Below are positions 63,436 to 64,000 of a stretch of DNA of 64,000 bases, piece by piece (within the stretch, counting starts at the first letter, position 1; every line of letters starts with the position of its first letter). The notes under the pieces are model-generated. The model searched no databases. It was not told the origin of the DNA and saw only the letters and a list, made by a program, of their open reading frames with translations. Origin of the DNA: an uncultured Gemmatimonadales bacterium. GTDB lineage: Bacteria; Gemmatimonadota; Gemmatimonadetes; Gemmatimonadales; GWC2-71-9. Made by a program: the position numbers and the translations under genes. Location of the stretch: the NCBI GenBank assembly GCA_963704015.1, contig CAVPGI010000011.1, forward strand, positions 106,613-170,612, written 5' to 3'.

Positions 63436-63912
63436 ATGCTCACCATCGGTGCCCGCGCCCCCCGGTTCTCGCTGGCGTCCGATAGCGGATCCACGGTCGC
63501 CCTCAAGGATCTGAAGGGGCGGAAGGTGGTGCTCTACTTCTATCCCAAGGACGACACCAGCGGCTGCACTACCGAGGCCTGTGAGTTTCGAGACCGTTGG
63601 AAGGAAGTCGAGCGCCTGGGCGTGGTGGTCCTGGGCGTCTCCCCCGATCCCCTCGCCTCACACCTCAAGTTCAAACAGAAGTACCGGCTTCCCTTTCCGC
63701 TGCTCTCCGACCCCGATCACGCCGTGGCCGATGCCTACGGCGCCTGGGGCCCCAAGTCCATGTATGGCCGGACCTACGAGGGGATTCGACGAAGCACCTT
63801 CCTGATCGGTGAGGACGGCAAGATTCGGCGGATCTTTCGCAACGTGAAGCCCAAGGGTCATGCAGCGGAGGTACTGGAGGCCTTGGAAGCGGAGCCGGGC
63901 TCGTCGCCTTGA
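63436..63912 (+). CDS. bcp: thioredoxin-dependent peroxiredoxin (BCP/PrxQ)
   Basis: LYFYPKDDTSGCTTEAC, FPLLSD, RSTF. Confidence 0.95.
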   Translation: MLTIGARAPRFSLASDSGSTVALKDLKGRKVVLYFYPKDDTSGCTTEACEFRDRWKEVERLGVVVLGVSPDPLASHLKFKQKYRLPFPLLSDPDHAVADAYGAWGPKSMYGRTYEGIRRSTFLIGEDGKIRRIFRNVKPKGHAAEVLEALEAEPGSSP

Positions 63913-64000
63913 CGGCTCCCTGTTAGGGCGATTCTTTCCGGTCTGGCGCATCCTCGACGCCCCCGATCGCCGGTCTCCTGATTCCATCATCGCGAGCGTG

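Overview
GC-rich bacterial chromosomal window, most likely Gemmatimonadota (inferred from the three Hanks-type Ser/Thr kinases, two with the ADRY..E.G.GGMA.V.LAED..H.RKVA.KVLRPELAA N-terminus, and the HEAT/HD-GYP gene types). It holds about 50 housekeeping or accessory genes: mtgA, a beta-CASP ribonuclease, tRNA-Phe, a PAS-GGDEF-EAL protein, an ArsR-TolC-MFP-RND-DUF2892 operon whose RND gene is heavily frameshifted, FKBP, ahcY with a SahR-type regulator and operator, efp, TPP riboswitch-thiC, an MBL-rhodanese fusion, a GCPII-like peptidase, DUF1800/DUF1501, a sigma54-preceded Hsp20, a second RND system and bcp. No integrase, transposase, prophage or CRISPR array is seen. Most interesting observations: (1) a candidate sigma54-driven ~225-nt structured GGA/G-tract-rich RNA with its own terminator directly upstream of two paralogous HEYGH metallopeptidase-like genes; (2) a beta-barrel plus His/Met-rich exported protein pair preceded by a KAPP-containing leader ORF (candidate copper system); (3) an unnamed domain shared by two HEAT proteins and an HD-GYP protein; (4) several apparent CTG starts with good SD sequences; (5) EF-P with PGNLR instead of PGKG; (6) 7- and 9-mer tandem repeat blocks, one supplying the -35 of the tRNA promoter; (7) an HPt-like protein without the phospho-His. 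All family calls come from motif recognition by eye; no searches were run.
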